64,000 bases of DNA from assembly GCA_964588925.1 (NCBI GenBank), contig CAZPTI010000004.1:633-64632 (forward strand), in the 5' to 3' direction. The stretch is from an uncultured Anaerolineales bacterium. GTDB lineage: Bacteria > Chloroflexota > Anaerolineae > CG2-30-64-16. This document shows positions 9,914 to 18,878 of this stretch, piece by piece (within the stretch, counting starts at the first letter, position 1; each line of letters begins with the position of its first letter). Both the position numbers and the translations under genes were made by a program. The notes under the pieces are model-generated. The model did no database searches. It saw nothing but the letters and a program-made list of their open reading frames with translations, and was not told the DNA's origin.

Positions 9914-9943
9914 AAAGGGCGGCCCCGCAGGTCGCCTTTTTTT
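9914..9943. terminator. bidirectional terminator between convergent genes
   Basis: GGCGGCC-CCGCA-GGTCGCC hairpin flanked by an A-run on the left and T7 on the right. Confidence 0.7.
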
Positions 9944-9950
9944 GTCGGCG

Positions 9951-10952
9951 TTAAGCCTTGCGCGCCAACCGCTGACGCGCATACACGGCCGCGCCGAGCA
10001 GCACCGCGTGATCCTCCAGCTTTGCCGGCACGATCTTCACCCCGCGCGCATCCTTGCGATTCATCGCATACTGGTACGCGACCGCGCGCATCGGCTCGAC
10101 AAATGCCTCGCCCAGCGCCTCCGCCACGCCGCCGCCGATGACGATCATGTCCGGGTCGATGTAGTTGATCGTGGAACCGATGAAGATGCCGAGATAGTGC
10201 TGCGCGCGGCTGATCACTTCGTAGACCAGCGGATCGCGCGCCTCGTACGCCTGCGCAAGGATGCCCGACGTGATGCGCTCGCGGCCCGACTGTTTGAGCA
10301 GTTCGGGGATCATGCTTTCACGGCCGGTCCTCAACCCCAGGCGAATATCGCGCTCGATGGCGGTCCGGCTGGCAACCGACTCCAGGCAGCCGCGCCGCCC
10401 GCATCCGCACACCGGCCCCTCGGCCAGCACGACCACATGCCCGATCTCGCCCGCCGTCATGTGCGACCCGCGCCAGATTTCCCCGTTCAGGACCATTCCG
10501 CCGCCAATGCCGGTGCCGACGAACATGCCGATCATGTTCTTCACGCCCTGCGCGGCGCCCAGCGTCAGTTCGCCCAGCGCGCCGAGGTTGCCGTCATTCT
10601 CGATAAAGACCGGCACGCCGCTCAACTGCTCGCTCAACAGCTTCGCGAACGGGATCTCTTCCCACCCCTCGATGTTCGGCGCAAAGCGCACGACGCCTTC
10701 CTCCGGATTGAGCGCGCCGGGCGCAGCGGAACAAACGCCCGCAATGTCTGCAAACTCCATCCCGGCCTCGCGCACCGCGTCGCGCACCGTCTTGGCGATC
10801 CGCTCAACCACCGCCTCGACGCCGGTCTCGCCCTTCGTGGGCCGCTTGGCCGTGGCGAGCACCTTGTAATCGCGGTCGACCACGCCGGCGAGCACCTTCG
10901 TGCCCCCCAGATCAACGCCAACGACGGGCTTATCGGCTGAGTCTTTGGACAT
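9951..10952 (-). CDS. ROK family sugar kinase (glucokinase-like)
   Basis: 333 aa. VGVDLGGTKV ATP-binding start, ROK zinc motif CGCGRRGCLE, no N-terminal HTH. GGAGGG RBS. Confidence 0.9.
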   Translation of the reverse strand: MSKDSADKPVVGVDLGGTKVLAGVVDRDYKVLATAKRPTKGETGVEAVVERIAKTVRDAVREAGMEFADIAGVCSAAPGALNPEEGVVRFAPNIEGWEEIPFAKLLSEQLSGVPVFIENDGNLGALGELTLGAAQGVKNMIGMFVGTGIGGGMVLNGEIWRGSHMTAGEIGHVVVLAEGPVCGCGRRGCLESVASRTAIERDIRLGLRTGRESMIPELLKQSGRERITSGILAQAYEARDPLVYEVISRAQHYLGIFIGSTINYIDPDMIVIGGGVAEALGEAFVEPMRAVAYQYAMNRKDARGVKIVPAKLEDHAVLLGAAVYARQRLARKA

Positions 10953-10990
10953 GGTGCGCCCTCCGTGTGTGAGTGGTTGCCTGTGAGAGG

Positions 10991-11042
10991 ATTATATCAC
11001 GAGCCGGCATCGTGCTGCACCGCAGCGTTGCCGTGATATAAT
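10991..11042. promoter_or_regulatory. 11-bp perfect inverted repeat overlapping an extended -10
   Basis: ATTATATCACG (10991-11001) and CGTGATATAAT (11032-11042), 30-nt spacer. The right arm contains TGATATAAT (extended -10) facing the 11073 ORF. Confidence 0.45.
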
Positions 11043-11072
11043 GGAAGTGATTGAGAGCGTGTGAGGCGGTTT

Positions 11073-11309
11073 ATGCTTGACTTGGATACAGTTCGCTTCG
11101 TCGTGGGCGCCGATGGACAGCCATCGGCCGTGCAGGTTGACGTTGGCCTGTGGCAGAAGATCGTCGAGGCGTTGGAAGACGCCGAGGATGTCGAAATTGT
11201 GCGCGCGGCGCTGGCGGAGCTGGCAGCCGCGGGCGGCGATCCAGGCAAGGCCGGGTGGGTAAGGCTAGAGGATGTGATCGACGCTTCCCTTGTCAAGGAC
11301 ATAGACTGA
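11073..11309 (+). CDS. small antitoxin-like protein (Phd/YefM or RelB-like, orphan)
   Basis: ORF from GTG 11061, ATG at 11073. VRFVVGADGQPSAVQVDVGLWQKIVEALEDAEDVEIVRAALAEL resembles type II antitoxin N-terminal domains. Confidence 0.5.
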   Translation: MLDLDTVRFVVGADGQPSAVQVDVGLWQKIVEALEDAEDVEIVRAALAELAAAGGDPGKAGWVRLEDVIDASLVKDID

Positions 11310-11356
11310 TTTATTCACAAAATCGCGCAGGTTGCTCTGCCAAAGGAGACGCGGCT

Positions 11357-12274
11357 ATGGCGGATCAGGAACTTGTCGAGATGATCCAGCGCAGTGTGTC
11401 GGAATGGAATCAGTGGCGCTCGAACTGCTATGGCTATGAGCCTGATTTGAGCCAGGCCGACCTGTCGGGTCTGGATCTTCATGCGGCGAATCTGTATAAG
11501 GTTAATCTCGACAGCGCCAAGCTGAATGAGTGCGATTTGCATGGGGCAAGGTTGCAGGGGGCCAAGCTGTCAGTGGCGAAACTCGTGGGTGCGAACCTCT
11601 GTCAAGCAGAACTCGAGCAAGCAAATCTATCGTTTGCTGATCTGACCCATGCAAATCTTTACAGAGCGCACGCAACGGCTGCCGATTTTGGTCAGGCGAA
11701 CCTGAGCCGGGTCGACGCGCGTAAGGCCACTTTCTGGGGCGGCGGCTTAGGAGGAGCCAATTGCTCCAACGCTGATTTTGCAGAAGCGAACTTCTGGGGA
11801 ATGCGTTTCGGCGACGCCAATCTTACGGATGCGAATCTGGAGTCCGCCGATCTGGAGTACGCGCGCTTTCGAGATGCAAAGCTCGTGCGCGCGAATATGA
11901 GTCATGCGAATTTGACGGATGTCCTGCTACGGGACACTGATTGCAGTGAAGCCGTTTTTTGCGATGCAACGCTTTGGAAAACCATTTTTGTATGGACGAG
12001 GCTTTGTGGGGCAGATTTTTCCCGCGCGAAGTTCGGCTTTACGCACTTCGCCCCTAGCTCGATTCGTGACGTTCGAGGTTTGGACCTGGTGATACATAGT
12101 GGGTATAGTGATGTTTCCATCCGTGCGCTAGATTCGACTGAATGCGCCATACCGGATGTTTTTCTCAAGGGAGCGGGCATCCCCAGGCGATTCCGATTGA
12201 TGATTCGCCTGTTTAGAAAGATGTATCTCCTCAGCCCGCGGCGCATCTTGTATCGTCTCGTCGGCGCAGCGTAG
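11357..12274 (+). CDS. pentapeptide-repeat protein
   Basis: ATG at 11357 is preceded by AAGGAG. About 40 consecutive A(D/N)LxX pentapeptides (ADLSGLDLHAANLYKVNLDSAKL...), then a non-repeat C-terminal tail of about 75 aa. Visibly lower GC than neighbours. The upstream extension to 11150 is rejected. Confidence 0.85.
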   Translation: MADQELVEMIQRSVSEWNQWRSNCYGYEPDLSQADLSGLDLHAANLYKVNLDSAKLNECDLHGARLQGAKLSVAKLVGANLCQAELEQANLSFADLTHANLYRAHATAADFGQANLSRVDARKATFWGGGLGGANCSNADFAEANFWGMRFGDANLTDANLESADLEYARFRDAKLVRANMSHANLTDVLLRDTDCSEAVFCDATLWKTIFVWTRLCGADFSRAKFGFTHFAPSSIRDVRGLDLVIHSGYSDVSIRALDSTECAIPDVFLKGAGIPRRFRLMIRLFRKMYLLSPRRILYRLVGAA

Positions 12275-12423
12275 AGGCTGATCAGTGCTATACTCTCCTT
12301 CCCAAAAGGATAAATAACGGCCAGATTCTCTTTCTCAGGAGGATAACTGCTCGCCCAGAGCATTAAACACAATGCGAGGGACGCCGCATCTGACATCCCT
12401 CGCGCTTATGTCGAATCAGCCCG

Positions 12424-12828
12424 TTACGCAGCTTCCCTCAACATCGGCCGGAACTTGTACCCGTACAGAATCTGCCCCTCTTCGCCGTCCTGGCTCAGCT
12501 TCCGCGTCACCATCTCGACCGGCATTCCGATCTTGACGTCCTGCGCGTCGACGTCCGTCAGTTGCGCGGTGACCATCGGCCCCTCGGCCAGCTTGACCAG
12601 CGCCATCGTGTACGGCGCGTACTCCTCGAAGCCCGCGGGCGCGTTGTACATGGTCGTGAACGAGAAGACTTCGCCCTGCCCGCTCAGGTTCGTCCAGCTC
12701 TGCTTGTCCGCGGCGCAGTGAGGGCACACGTCGCGGGGCGGGAAAATGTGCTTGTTGCAAGTATTGCAGACTTCAGCCTTAAGGCTGTAGCGCTGTTGTC
12801 GCGTTCGCCAATTGCGCGGGATTGACAT
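12424..12828 (-). CDS. DUF35 OB-fold/zinc-ribbon protein (thiolase/HMG-CoA synthase complex scaffold type)
   Basis: Zinc ribbon CNTCNK...CPHC, then an OB-fold region. GGAGG lies 10 nt upstream of ATG 12828 (TTG at 12852 is the alternative). Directly downstream of thiolase. Confidence 0.85.
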   Translation of the reverse strand: MSIPRNWRTRQQRYSLKAEVCNTCNKHIFPPRDVCPHCAADKQSWTNLSGQGEVFSFTTMYNAPAGFEEYAPYTMALVKLAEGPMVTAQLTDVDAQDVKIGMPVEMVTRKLSQDGEEGQILYGYKFRPMLREAA

Positions 12829-12987
12829 GGTATGAATGCCTCCTTCAATCAATCCACCGGACGGATCTACGCGCCCGTGATGCTTTTCTGCTTAATGCGA
12901 CGGCGATTCTAACCCGATTGTGTCGCCAAAAACTATCACTTTGCCTCTTTAGTGCCGTCTGGCGCACCAAAGATAGCTTTTGACAGG

Positions 12988-14136
12988 TCAGATGCCGCCC
13001 AGGATGTGCGTGATGACCGTTGCGCCGCTGCCGCCGATGTTTTGCGCCATGCCGATGCGGGCGCCCGGCACCTGGTTCTTGCCCGCCTGGCCGGTCAACT
13101 GCGCCACGACTTCGACGATCTGATACACGCCCGTTGCGCCCACTGGATGCCCCCGCGCCTTCAGCCCGCCCATCGTGCTGATCGGGAGCCGCCCGTCGAT
13201 GCCGATTTCGTTGTCGACTGCCATGCAAACGCCGCGGCCTCGCGGGGCAAAGCCGGCTGCCTCCAACGACAGCGCGGCCATGATGGTGAACGCATCGTGA
13301 ACCTCAAACAGGTCCACGTCGGCGGGCGTGATGCGGGCCTGGGCATACGCCTTCTGGGAGGAGAGCGCCACCGCATCGAGCGACAGCGGATCACGGCGGT
13401 CATGGATCGCCAGGCTGTCGGTCGCCACGGCGGACGCCAGGATGTGCGCCTTCGCCTTCGAGCGGTAATGGTCCGCCGGCGCGAGAATGACGCACGCCGC
13501 ACCGTCGCACACCGGGCTGGAGTCCATCAGGTTAATCGGGTCGGCGATCATGCCCGCGCGCAGATACGTCTCCGCCTTGATCGGGCTGCGAAACATGGCG
13601 TTCGGGTTGTTCGCGCCGTTCTTGTGCGCGTTGACCGCAAAGCCGGCAAAATGCTCGTGCTTCACGTCGAACTGGTGCATGTAGCGGCGCATCAGGAGAG
13701 CGTTGAGGCCCACAAAGCTGATCCCCTGGCTGACCTCGTACTCCTGGTCCGCGGCCATCGCCAGCCCGGACGTGACCTCATCGCCCACTGCGTCGGTCAT
13801 CTTCTCGACGCCGCAAACCATCACGACGTTATGAATGCCACTCGCCACAGCGAACATGCCCACGCGCAGCGCGGCCGCGCCCGACGCGCACGCCGCCTCG
13901 ACCTTCATCGCCTCAATGCCGCGCAGGCCGATGAAGTCCGCCACCAGCGCGCCCAGGTGCTCCTGCCCGCCCAGTTCGCCCGACAGCATATTGCCCACGT
14001 AGAGCGCGTCTGCGGTCTCGATGTCCGCGTCCTTCATGGCCGCCATGATTGCGTCATGCGCCATGTGGCGGAGCGACTTGCCCCAGTGCTCTTCGACTTG
14101 CGTTTGTCCCACGCCGATAATAACAACGTCTCTCAT
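12988..14136 (-). CDS. archaeal-type thiolase (acetyl-CoA acetyltransferase)
   Basis: 382 aa. MRDVVIIGVGQT start, active-site region VEAACASGAAAL, C-terminal NIGGSGATV. Confidence 0.9.
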   Translation of the reverse strand: MRDVVIIGVGQTQVEEHWGKSLRHMAHDAIMAAMKDADIETADALYVGNMLSGELGGQEHLGALVADFIGLRGIEAMKVEAACASGAAALRVGMFAVASGIHNVVMVCGVEKMTDAVGDEVTSGLAMAADQEYEVSQGISFVGLNALLMRRYMHQFDVKHEHFAGFAVNAHKNGANNPNAMFRSPIKAETYLRAGMIADPINLMDSSPVCDGAACVILAPADHYRSKAKAHILASAVATDSLAIHDRRDPLSLDAVALSSQKAYAQARITPADVDLFEVHDAFTIMAALSLEAAGFAPRGRGVCMAVDNEIGIDGRLPISTMGGLKARGHPVGATGVYQIVEVVAQLTGQAGKNQVPGARIGMAQNIGGSGATVITHILGGI

Positions 14137-14144
14137 TTCATGCC

Positions 14145-15194
14145 TCAGTTCATTTGCAGCTTATGGCGGTAACGCACGTAAGTCGCGTAGTCAATCACCT
14201 TGCGCCGCGCGATGTAATCCTGCGTCTTCGGCGCCCGGTCGCGCGCTTCGTTGATCTTGTCCGTCACCCGGATCGAGAACGCATCCGAACCGGCGCCCGA
14301 GCCGAAGGAAACCATCAGGATGCGGTCGCCCGGCTGCGCTTCGTCCAGTACGGCGGTCAGGCCGATCAGCGAGGAACCGGCGTAGGTGTTGCCGATCACC
14401 GGCACAAGCAGGCCCGCCTTGAGTTGCTCCGGCGCGAAGCCCAGGATTTGGGCCGCGCGCTGCGGGAACTTCGTGTTCGGCTGGTGCAGCACCACGTATT
14501 TGTAGTCTGCGGGCGTTGTGCCGAGCTCTTGCATCAACTCCTGTCCGGCGCTGACGATGTGCTCGAAGTAAGCAGGTTCGCCGGTGAAGCGGTGGCCGTG
14601 GCTCGGATAGTGCGAATAAGCCCGCCGCCAGAAGTCGGGCGTATCGGTCACGTGCGAAAGCGCCGCTTCGTAGATCGCAACGCTCTCTTCCGCCGGCCCG
14701 ACGATGTACGCCGCGCCGCCGGAAGCCGCCGTGTACTCCAGCGCATCGCCCGGCCGCCCCTGCGCGGTGTCCATGCCGATCGCCAGCACGTAGCGGCCCA
14801 TCTTCGAGCCGACGATGCCCATCCCCATGACAATGGCCTCGCTGCCCGCCTTGCAGGCAAACTCAAGGTCCGCCGCCTGGGTGAACGGCGCCGCGCCGAT
14901 GGCCTCAGCCACGATAGTCGATGTAGGCTTGACCGCGTACGGGTGCGACTCGCTGCCGACCCACACTGCGCGGATTTGCGTCACGTCAATCTGCGCGCGC
15001 GCCAGCGCGTTGCGGGCCGCTTCGACCGACATGGTCAGCGTGTCCTCGTCCAGCCCGGCGACCGCCTTCTCCTTAATCGGCAACCCGCCCGAACCGTCCG
15101 TCCACACGCGAGCCACCTCGCTGGCCGGAAGCCGGTACCGGGGCACATAGGCGCCGTACCCTACAATTCCTACGTCATAAGCCGGTTTTAGCAT
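14145..15194 (-). CDS. hydroxymethylglutaryl-CoA synthase (archaeal type)
   Basis: 349 aa. [15 protein letters not shown] start, FACKAGSEA catalytic Cys region. 8-nt gap to thiolase. Confidence 0.9.
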   Translation of the reverse strand: MLKPAYDVGIVGYGAYVPRYRLPASEVARVWTDGSGGLPIKEKAVAGLDEDTLTMSVEAARNALARAQIDVTQIRAVWVGSESHPYAVKPTSTIVAEAIGAAPFTQAADLEFACKAGSEAIVMGMGIVGSKMGRYVLAIGMDTAQGRPGDALEYTAASGGAAYIVGPAEESVAIYEAALSHVTDTPDFWRRAYSHYPSHGHRFTGEPAYFEHIVSAGQELMQELGTTPADYKYVVLHQPNTKFPQRAAQILGFAPEQLKAGLLVPVIGNTYAGSSLIGLTAVLDEAQPGDRILMVSFGSGAGSDAFSIRVTDKINEARDRAPKTQDYIARRKVIDYATYVRYRHKLQMN

Positions 15195-15313
15195 CGGTAA
15201 GATTCCTTCTCTGGAGAGCGCCGCTGGACTTTCGCGTTACCAGAATCGTATGCCTGTCGCCTGCTGCTCTCTGTAACCTGCATAGCCATTCTACAATGTT
15301 TGTATATAGCTTG

Positions 15314-16633
15314 TCAAGAGTTTTTTGAACGAATTTCTGAAACTACTTCCGCCGCGCGATCCTGTCGAATCCGGCGCTCCGCCACGAGCACCGCGCTCAC
15401 TGCGTCCACCTCGTCTGCCCTCGCGCCGGCGGCAATGGCGATCTGTCGCGCGTGCAGCGCCATGTGCCCCTTCTGAATGCCGTCGGTCGCCAGCGCGCGA
15501 ATGGCGGCAAGGTTTTGCGCCAGCCCGACCGCCGCGACAACCTCCGCAAGCTCGCGCGCGGTCTTCACGCCCATGAGTTGCAGGCTGAACTTCGCCAGCG
15601 GATGCACGCGCGTCGCCCCGCCGACGATGCCGACGGCCATTGGCAGTTCGACGCTGCCGAGCAACGCGCCCTCGCCCTCGAACCCTTGCGGATCATAGGC
15701 CCACGTGGAGAGCGAGCGATAGACGCCGTCTCGCGCTGCGTAGGCGTGCGCACCTGCCTCGATCGCGCGCCAGTCGTTGCCCGTCGCCAGCACAACGGCA
15801 TCCACGCCGTTCATGATGCCCTTGTTATGCGTCGCAGCGCGATACGGGTCCACTGCGGCCAGCGCGTACGCTTCGACAATGCGCTGCGCCACAAGGTCGC
15901 CGCTTTTGCCCTCCAACGCCAGCTCACGCGCCGGCACGACGCAGCGTGCGCGCGCCAGGCGGCGGTCGGCCAGGTTGGACAGGATGCGCAGATTCACCCG
16001 CCCGCCCGTCATCTCCTCGACCAGCGGCGCCAGCGCCTCGCACGCCGTGTTGACCATGTTGGCGCCCATCGCGTCGCGGCAGTCGTAAATCAGGTGCACG
16101 GCCAGCATGGGGCCGACCGGGCTGTCCCAAATCTCCCGCACCTCCACGTCGCGCGCGCCGCCGTGCAGACTGACGACCACCGGGTCTGCGCTGTTTGCCA
16201 GGTCCAGCAGGCGCTGTTTGCCCGCCTCGATCTTCTCGCACGCGCTGCCCACGTCGGGCACATCCAGCACCTGCATCTGCCCGATCATCAGCGGCTCGTC
16301 GCTTTCGGTCTTGAAACCGCCGCCTGCCCGCGCCAATCGAGCCGCGAAGCTTGCGCCCGCTACGACCGATGGCTCTTCGATCACCATCGGAACGAGAACA
16401 TCGCGGCCATTGATCGAGAAGTTGGTCGCGATGCCGAGGGGCAACGCATAGGTTGCCACCACGTTCTCGACCATCTTGTCGGCCTGTTCCAGCGCGAGGC
16501 CGCCGGGCGCGGCAAGCAATTGCTCGACGGTCGCTGCCTGTTCGGGCGTCATCGCCGACCACTCCGCAACGATGCGCCGTTTTTCAGCGGGGGGCAGGTT
16601 ATAGAATCCGCTGATCCTTGAAGATCGCGCCAT
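15314..16633 (-). CDS. HMG-CoA reductase, class II
   Basis: 439 aa. ENVVATYALPLGIA, MVIEEPSVVAGAS, DAMGANMVNT motifs. Confidence 0.9.
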   Translation of the reverse strand: MARSSRISGFYNLPPAEKRRIVAEWSAMTPEQAATVEQLLAAPGGLALEQADKMVENVVATYALPLGIATNFSINGRDVLVPMVIEEPSVVAGASFAARLARAGGGFKTESDEPLMIGQMQVLDVPDVGSACEKIEAGKQRLLDLANSADPVVVSLHGGARDVEVREIWDSPVGPMLAVHLIYDCRDAMGANMVNTACEALAPLVEEMTGGRVNLRILSNLADRRLARARCVVPARELALEGKSGDLVAQRIVEAYALAAVDPYRAATHNKGIMNGVDAVVLATGNDWRAIEAGAHAYAARDGVYRSLSTWAYDPQGFEGEGALLGSVELPMAVGIVGGATRVHPLAKFSLQLMGVKTARELAEVVAAVGLAQNLAAIRALATDGIQKGHMALHARQIAIAAGARADEVDAVSAVLVAERRIRQDRAAEVVSEIRSKNS

Positions 16634-16644
16634 GCTTCACTATC

Positions 16645-16675
16645 CTCAAAAATAAGACGCGGCAACACCCGCGTC
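16645..16675 (-). terminator. rho-independent terminator (minus strand) after the membrane-gene trio
   Basis: Minus strand reads GACGCGG-GTGTTG-CCGCGTC, then TTATTTTTGAGG. Confidence 0.55.
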
Positions 16676-16719
16676 GGTTGCCAAATATACCGTCGCGCGG
16701 CTCTCAAAACCTATCAGAA

Positions 16720-18120
16720 TCAGGGTTCGAGGACTGAAAGAGGGAGAATGACAGCCGCAACCGGGCCGGTGAGAATCTGCGGCAGGACTGCCAGCAACAC
16801 GCCCGCTCCAATCAGGACGATTGCCAGGATCGCAAGGCCCACAGGTTCACGCTCCACGGGCGAGCCGGAAAGCTCGCCGAATGTGGCCTGTCCCGCGCGC
16901 GCGACGCCGACCGTTACGCCGACCGCGCCGGCCAGAAGGAGCAGCGTCCAGCGCGGGTCCGCCTCAGTCACCAGTTGCAGCAACGCCCAGCGCGAGGCAA
17001 ATTGCGCGGTGAGCGGCAGCCCTGCGAGGCCGAGTCCGCCCGCAATCAACGCAATGACTGCCCAGGGCATGCGCGAGACGGCCCCGCTCAGACGTTCATA
17101 CTGGTCCGCCGCCATGTAATGTCGGATAGCCGCCGCGCCTGCGGCCATTGTCAGCAGCGCCACAGTGCGCGTGACAAGCAGCCAGATCGCGGTCGGCAGT
17201 CCGGCGGTGCCGCGCAGACCGAGCGCCACGATGAGCACGCCATAGTCGTACAGCCCGGCATAGCCTAACAGCCGGCCAAGCCGGTGCTGCGCAGCCGCCA
17301 TCACCCCACCGAGCACCGCGGTGAAGATGCCGAGCCACAACAGCCACTGCGCGCTGTCAACCGCGTCGCTCAGCCAGGGGTAGGTGACAAGGAACCGCTG
17401 GAGCAGGAAGAGCGTGACGGCCTGTCCGCCAGCCCACAGGAACGCGGCTACGACCGGGGGCGCCTGTCCCGCCACCGCGGGCACCGCCACGTGCAACGGC
17501 GCAGGCTGAAGCAGCAGCACGAAGCCAACAATGAGCAGCCAACCCGCAGTTTGCAGCGGCGCGATGTCATCCGGGTTGAGGGGCGCCTGATCGATGTGCC
17601 ACGCAGCCAGGATGAAGAACGGGACGGCCAGCGTCGGGAACAGCAACTGCCGCCACGCGCCGTGCGTCTCCCCCGGTCGGCCGGCCTGAATCAGAAAAAC
17701 AGAGAGGATCGCCGCCAGCACCACTGCCAGCGGCGTCAGGGTGAGCGGCTGCAGGATGGCGACGGCGCTCCACAGGGCCAGCAGCAGCAAGCCGAACGGA
17801 TAGAACGAGCGGCCCTGGTACGTCCGCCAGGCCAGGATGAATACGACCGCGGCCATTGCGAAGAGGAACACCAGCAGCGCGCGGGAAGCGGGCGTGATGC
17901 GCAGGGTGATTTCCTGCCACGTCAGCGGCATCCCCATGTTGACCGGCCGCCCCACCACCCGCGCCGGCGCATCAAGCGGCAGACGCCACAACCCTACGGC
18001 AATCACAGTTGAGGTGAGGGAAGCGAGCAGCGCGGCAAGCGGCTCGAATCGCCGGAGCAGGTACACAGCGAGCGCAACCGCCGCCAGCAGCACGAAGAGC
18101 AGGAGGGGACCGGAAATCAT
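16720..18120 (-). CDS. NuoN/HyfD-like proton-antiporter-family membrane subunit (divergent)
   Basis: 466 aa, about 14 TM. PLHVAVPAVAGQAPPVVAAFL and AAQHRLGRLLGYAGLYDYG align by eye to the PFHxWxPD...PxPVSAFL and QxxLKRLLAYSSIxHxG blocks of Proton_antipo_M proteins, with charged residues replaced. Confidence 0.75.
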   Translation of the reverse strand: MISGPLLLFVLLAAVALAVYLLRRFEPLAALLASLTSTVIAVGLWRLPLDAPARVVGRPVNMGMPLTWQEITLRITPASRALLVFLFAMAAVVFILAWRTYQGRSFYPFGLLLLALWSAVAILQPLTLTPLAVVLAAILSVFLIQAGRPGETHGAWRQLLFPTLAVPFFILAAWHIDQAPLNPDDIAPLQTAGWLLIVGFVLLLQPAPLHVAVPAVAGQAPPVVAAFLWAGGQAVTLFLLQRFLVTYPWLSDAVDSAQWLLWLGIFTAVLGGVMAAAQHRLGRLLGYAGLYDYGVLIVALGLRGTAGLPTAIWLLVTRTVALLTMAAGAAAIRHYMAADQYERLSGAVSRMPWAVIALIAGGLGLAGLPLTAQFASRWALLQLVTEADPRWTLLLLAGAVGVTVGVARAGQATFGELSGSPVEREPVGLAILAIVLIGAGVLLAVLPQILTGPVAAVILPLSVLEP

Positions 18121-18863
18121 GCGTCACCTCCGGTCGTGCGGGCGGTGGGGCCTGAGGCTTGCGCCAACTCGCTTGCATCAAAGCTCGCGCCGCCTGAATC
18201 GGGTTGGGCGGCGGCCAGCTCCTCAGCGGGCTGGACGGGCGCGGCCAGGCCATGCGCCACGACCAGATACGCGATCGCGAGGCCGAGCAACACCTGCCCG
18301 GCCTGCAGGACGCCGACGAGCGTCCGCTGCTGGATCAAGGTGAAGATGACGAGTTGCGCCGCGCCGAGGAAGATCAGCAGGCTCAGCCCCGCGTGCAGCG
18401 GCTCTTCGTGGAGCGCCAGGCCGACAATGCCGATCATTGCCAGCCAGAGCACTGCGTCGCTGAACAACGGGCTCAGCAGCGGAATATCCACGCTTTCACG
18501 CGCGGCCAGGAAAGCCACGGTCGCCAGACCCACGGCCAGCGCGCGAAATGTCGTCAGTGAGGCGACGCGCGGCCAGCGCGCGCTGCCCGGCAGGTTCGGC
18601 GATGACGGGACGCGCAGTTGTCGCGCGGAGAGAAACAGCATCACCGCCACCAGGCCACCGACGACTGCCTGCTGCAACGCCCACTCGGTCGGGATGACCT
18701 GCGAGAGGAGCAGGGAGAGCATCACGGTCAGGAGCGCGTAACCGAACAGCACGACACGCCAGTCGCGCGGCACGACGATCAGGATCGTGGCGACGGCGGC
18801 CAGGATGACGGCGGGCGTGCCGATGAGCAGGCTAAGCTGGCGAAACAGGTCGCTGAGAGACAT
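18117..18863 (-). CDS. NuoK/HyfE-like small membrane subunit
   Basis: 248 aa, polytopic. GIVGLALHEEPLHAGLSLLIFLGAAQLVI resembles the NuoK/HyfE core. ATGA overlap with the downstream gene at 18117-18120. Soluble Ala/Gly-rich tail. Confidence 0.65.
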   Translation of the reverse strand: MSLSDLFRQLSLLIGTPAVILAAVATILIVVPRDWRVVLFGYALLTVMLSLLLSQVIPTEWALQQAVVGGLVAVMLFLSARQLRVPSSPNLPGSARWPRVASLTTFRALAVGLATVAFLAARESVDIPLLSPLFSDAVLWLAMIGIVGLALHEEPLHAGLSLLIFLGAAQLVIFTLIQQRTLVGVLQAGQVLLGLAIAYLVVAHGLAAPVQPAEELAAAQPDSGGASFDASELAQASGPTARTTGGDA

Positions 18864-18878
18864 TTCGGAATTGCAGCC

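Noticed and set aside
9942-10940. 332-aa plus-strand ORF
   Set aside because: It is antisense to the ROK kinase gene.
9951-10952. ROK protein as a transcriptional repressor acting on the 10991-11042 inverted repeat
   Set aside because: The protein starts directly with the ATP-binding kinase fold and has no N-terminal winged-helix domain, so a kinase role is more likely.
11150-11356. N-terminal extension of the pentapeptide-repeat ORF overlapping the antitoxin-like gene
   Set aside because: The extension is Arg/Gly-rich and overlaps the 11073..11309 ORF in another frame. A perfect AAGGAG RBS precedes ATG 11357.
12374-12403. Hairpin GCGAGGGA-N14-TCCCTCGC between the pentapeptide gene and the DUF35 gene
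   Set aside because: It has only an 8-bp stem with a 14-nt loop and no flanking T-tract, so support as a terminator is weak.
12952-16621. Three long plus-strand ORFs (12952..14172, 14154..15191, 15452..16621)
   Set aside because: Each is antisense to the thiolase, HMG-CoA synthase or HMG-CoA reductase gene, respectively.
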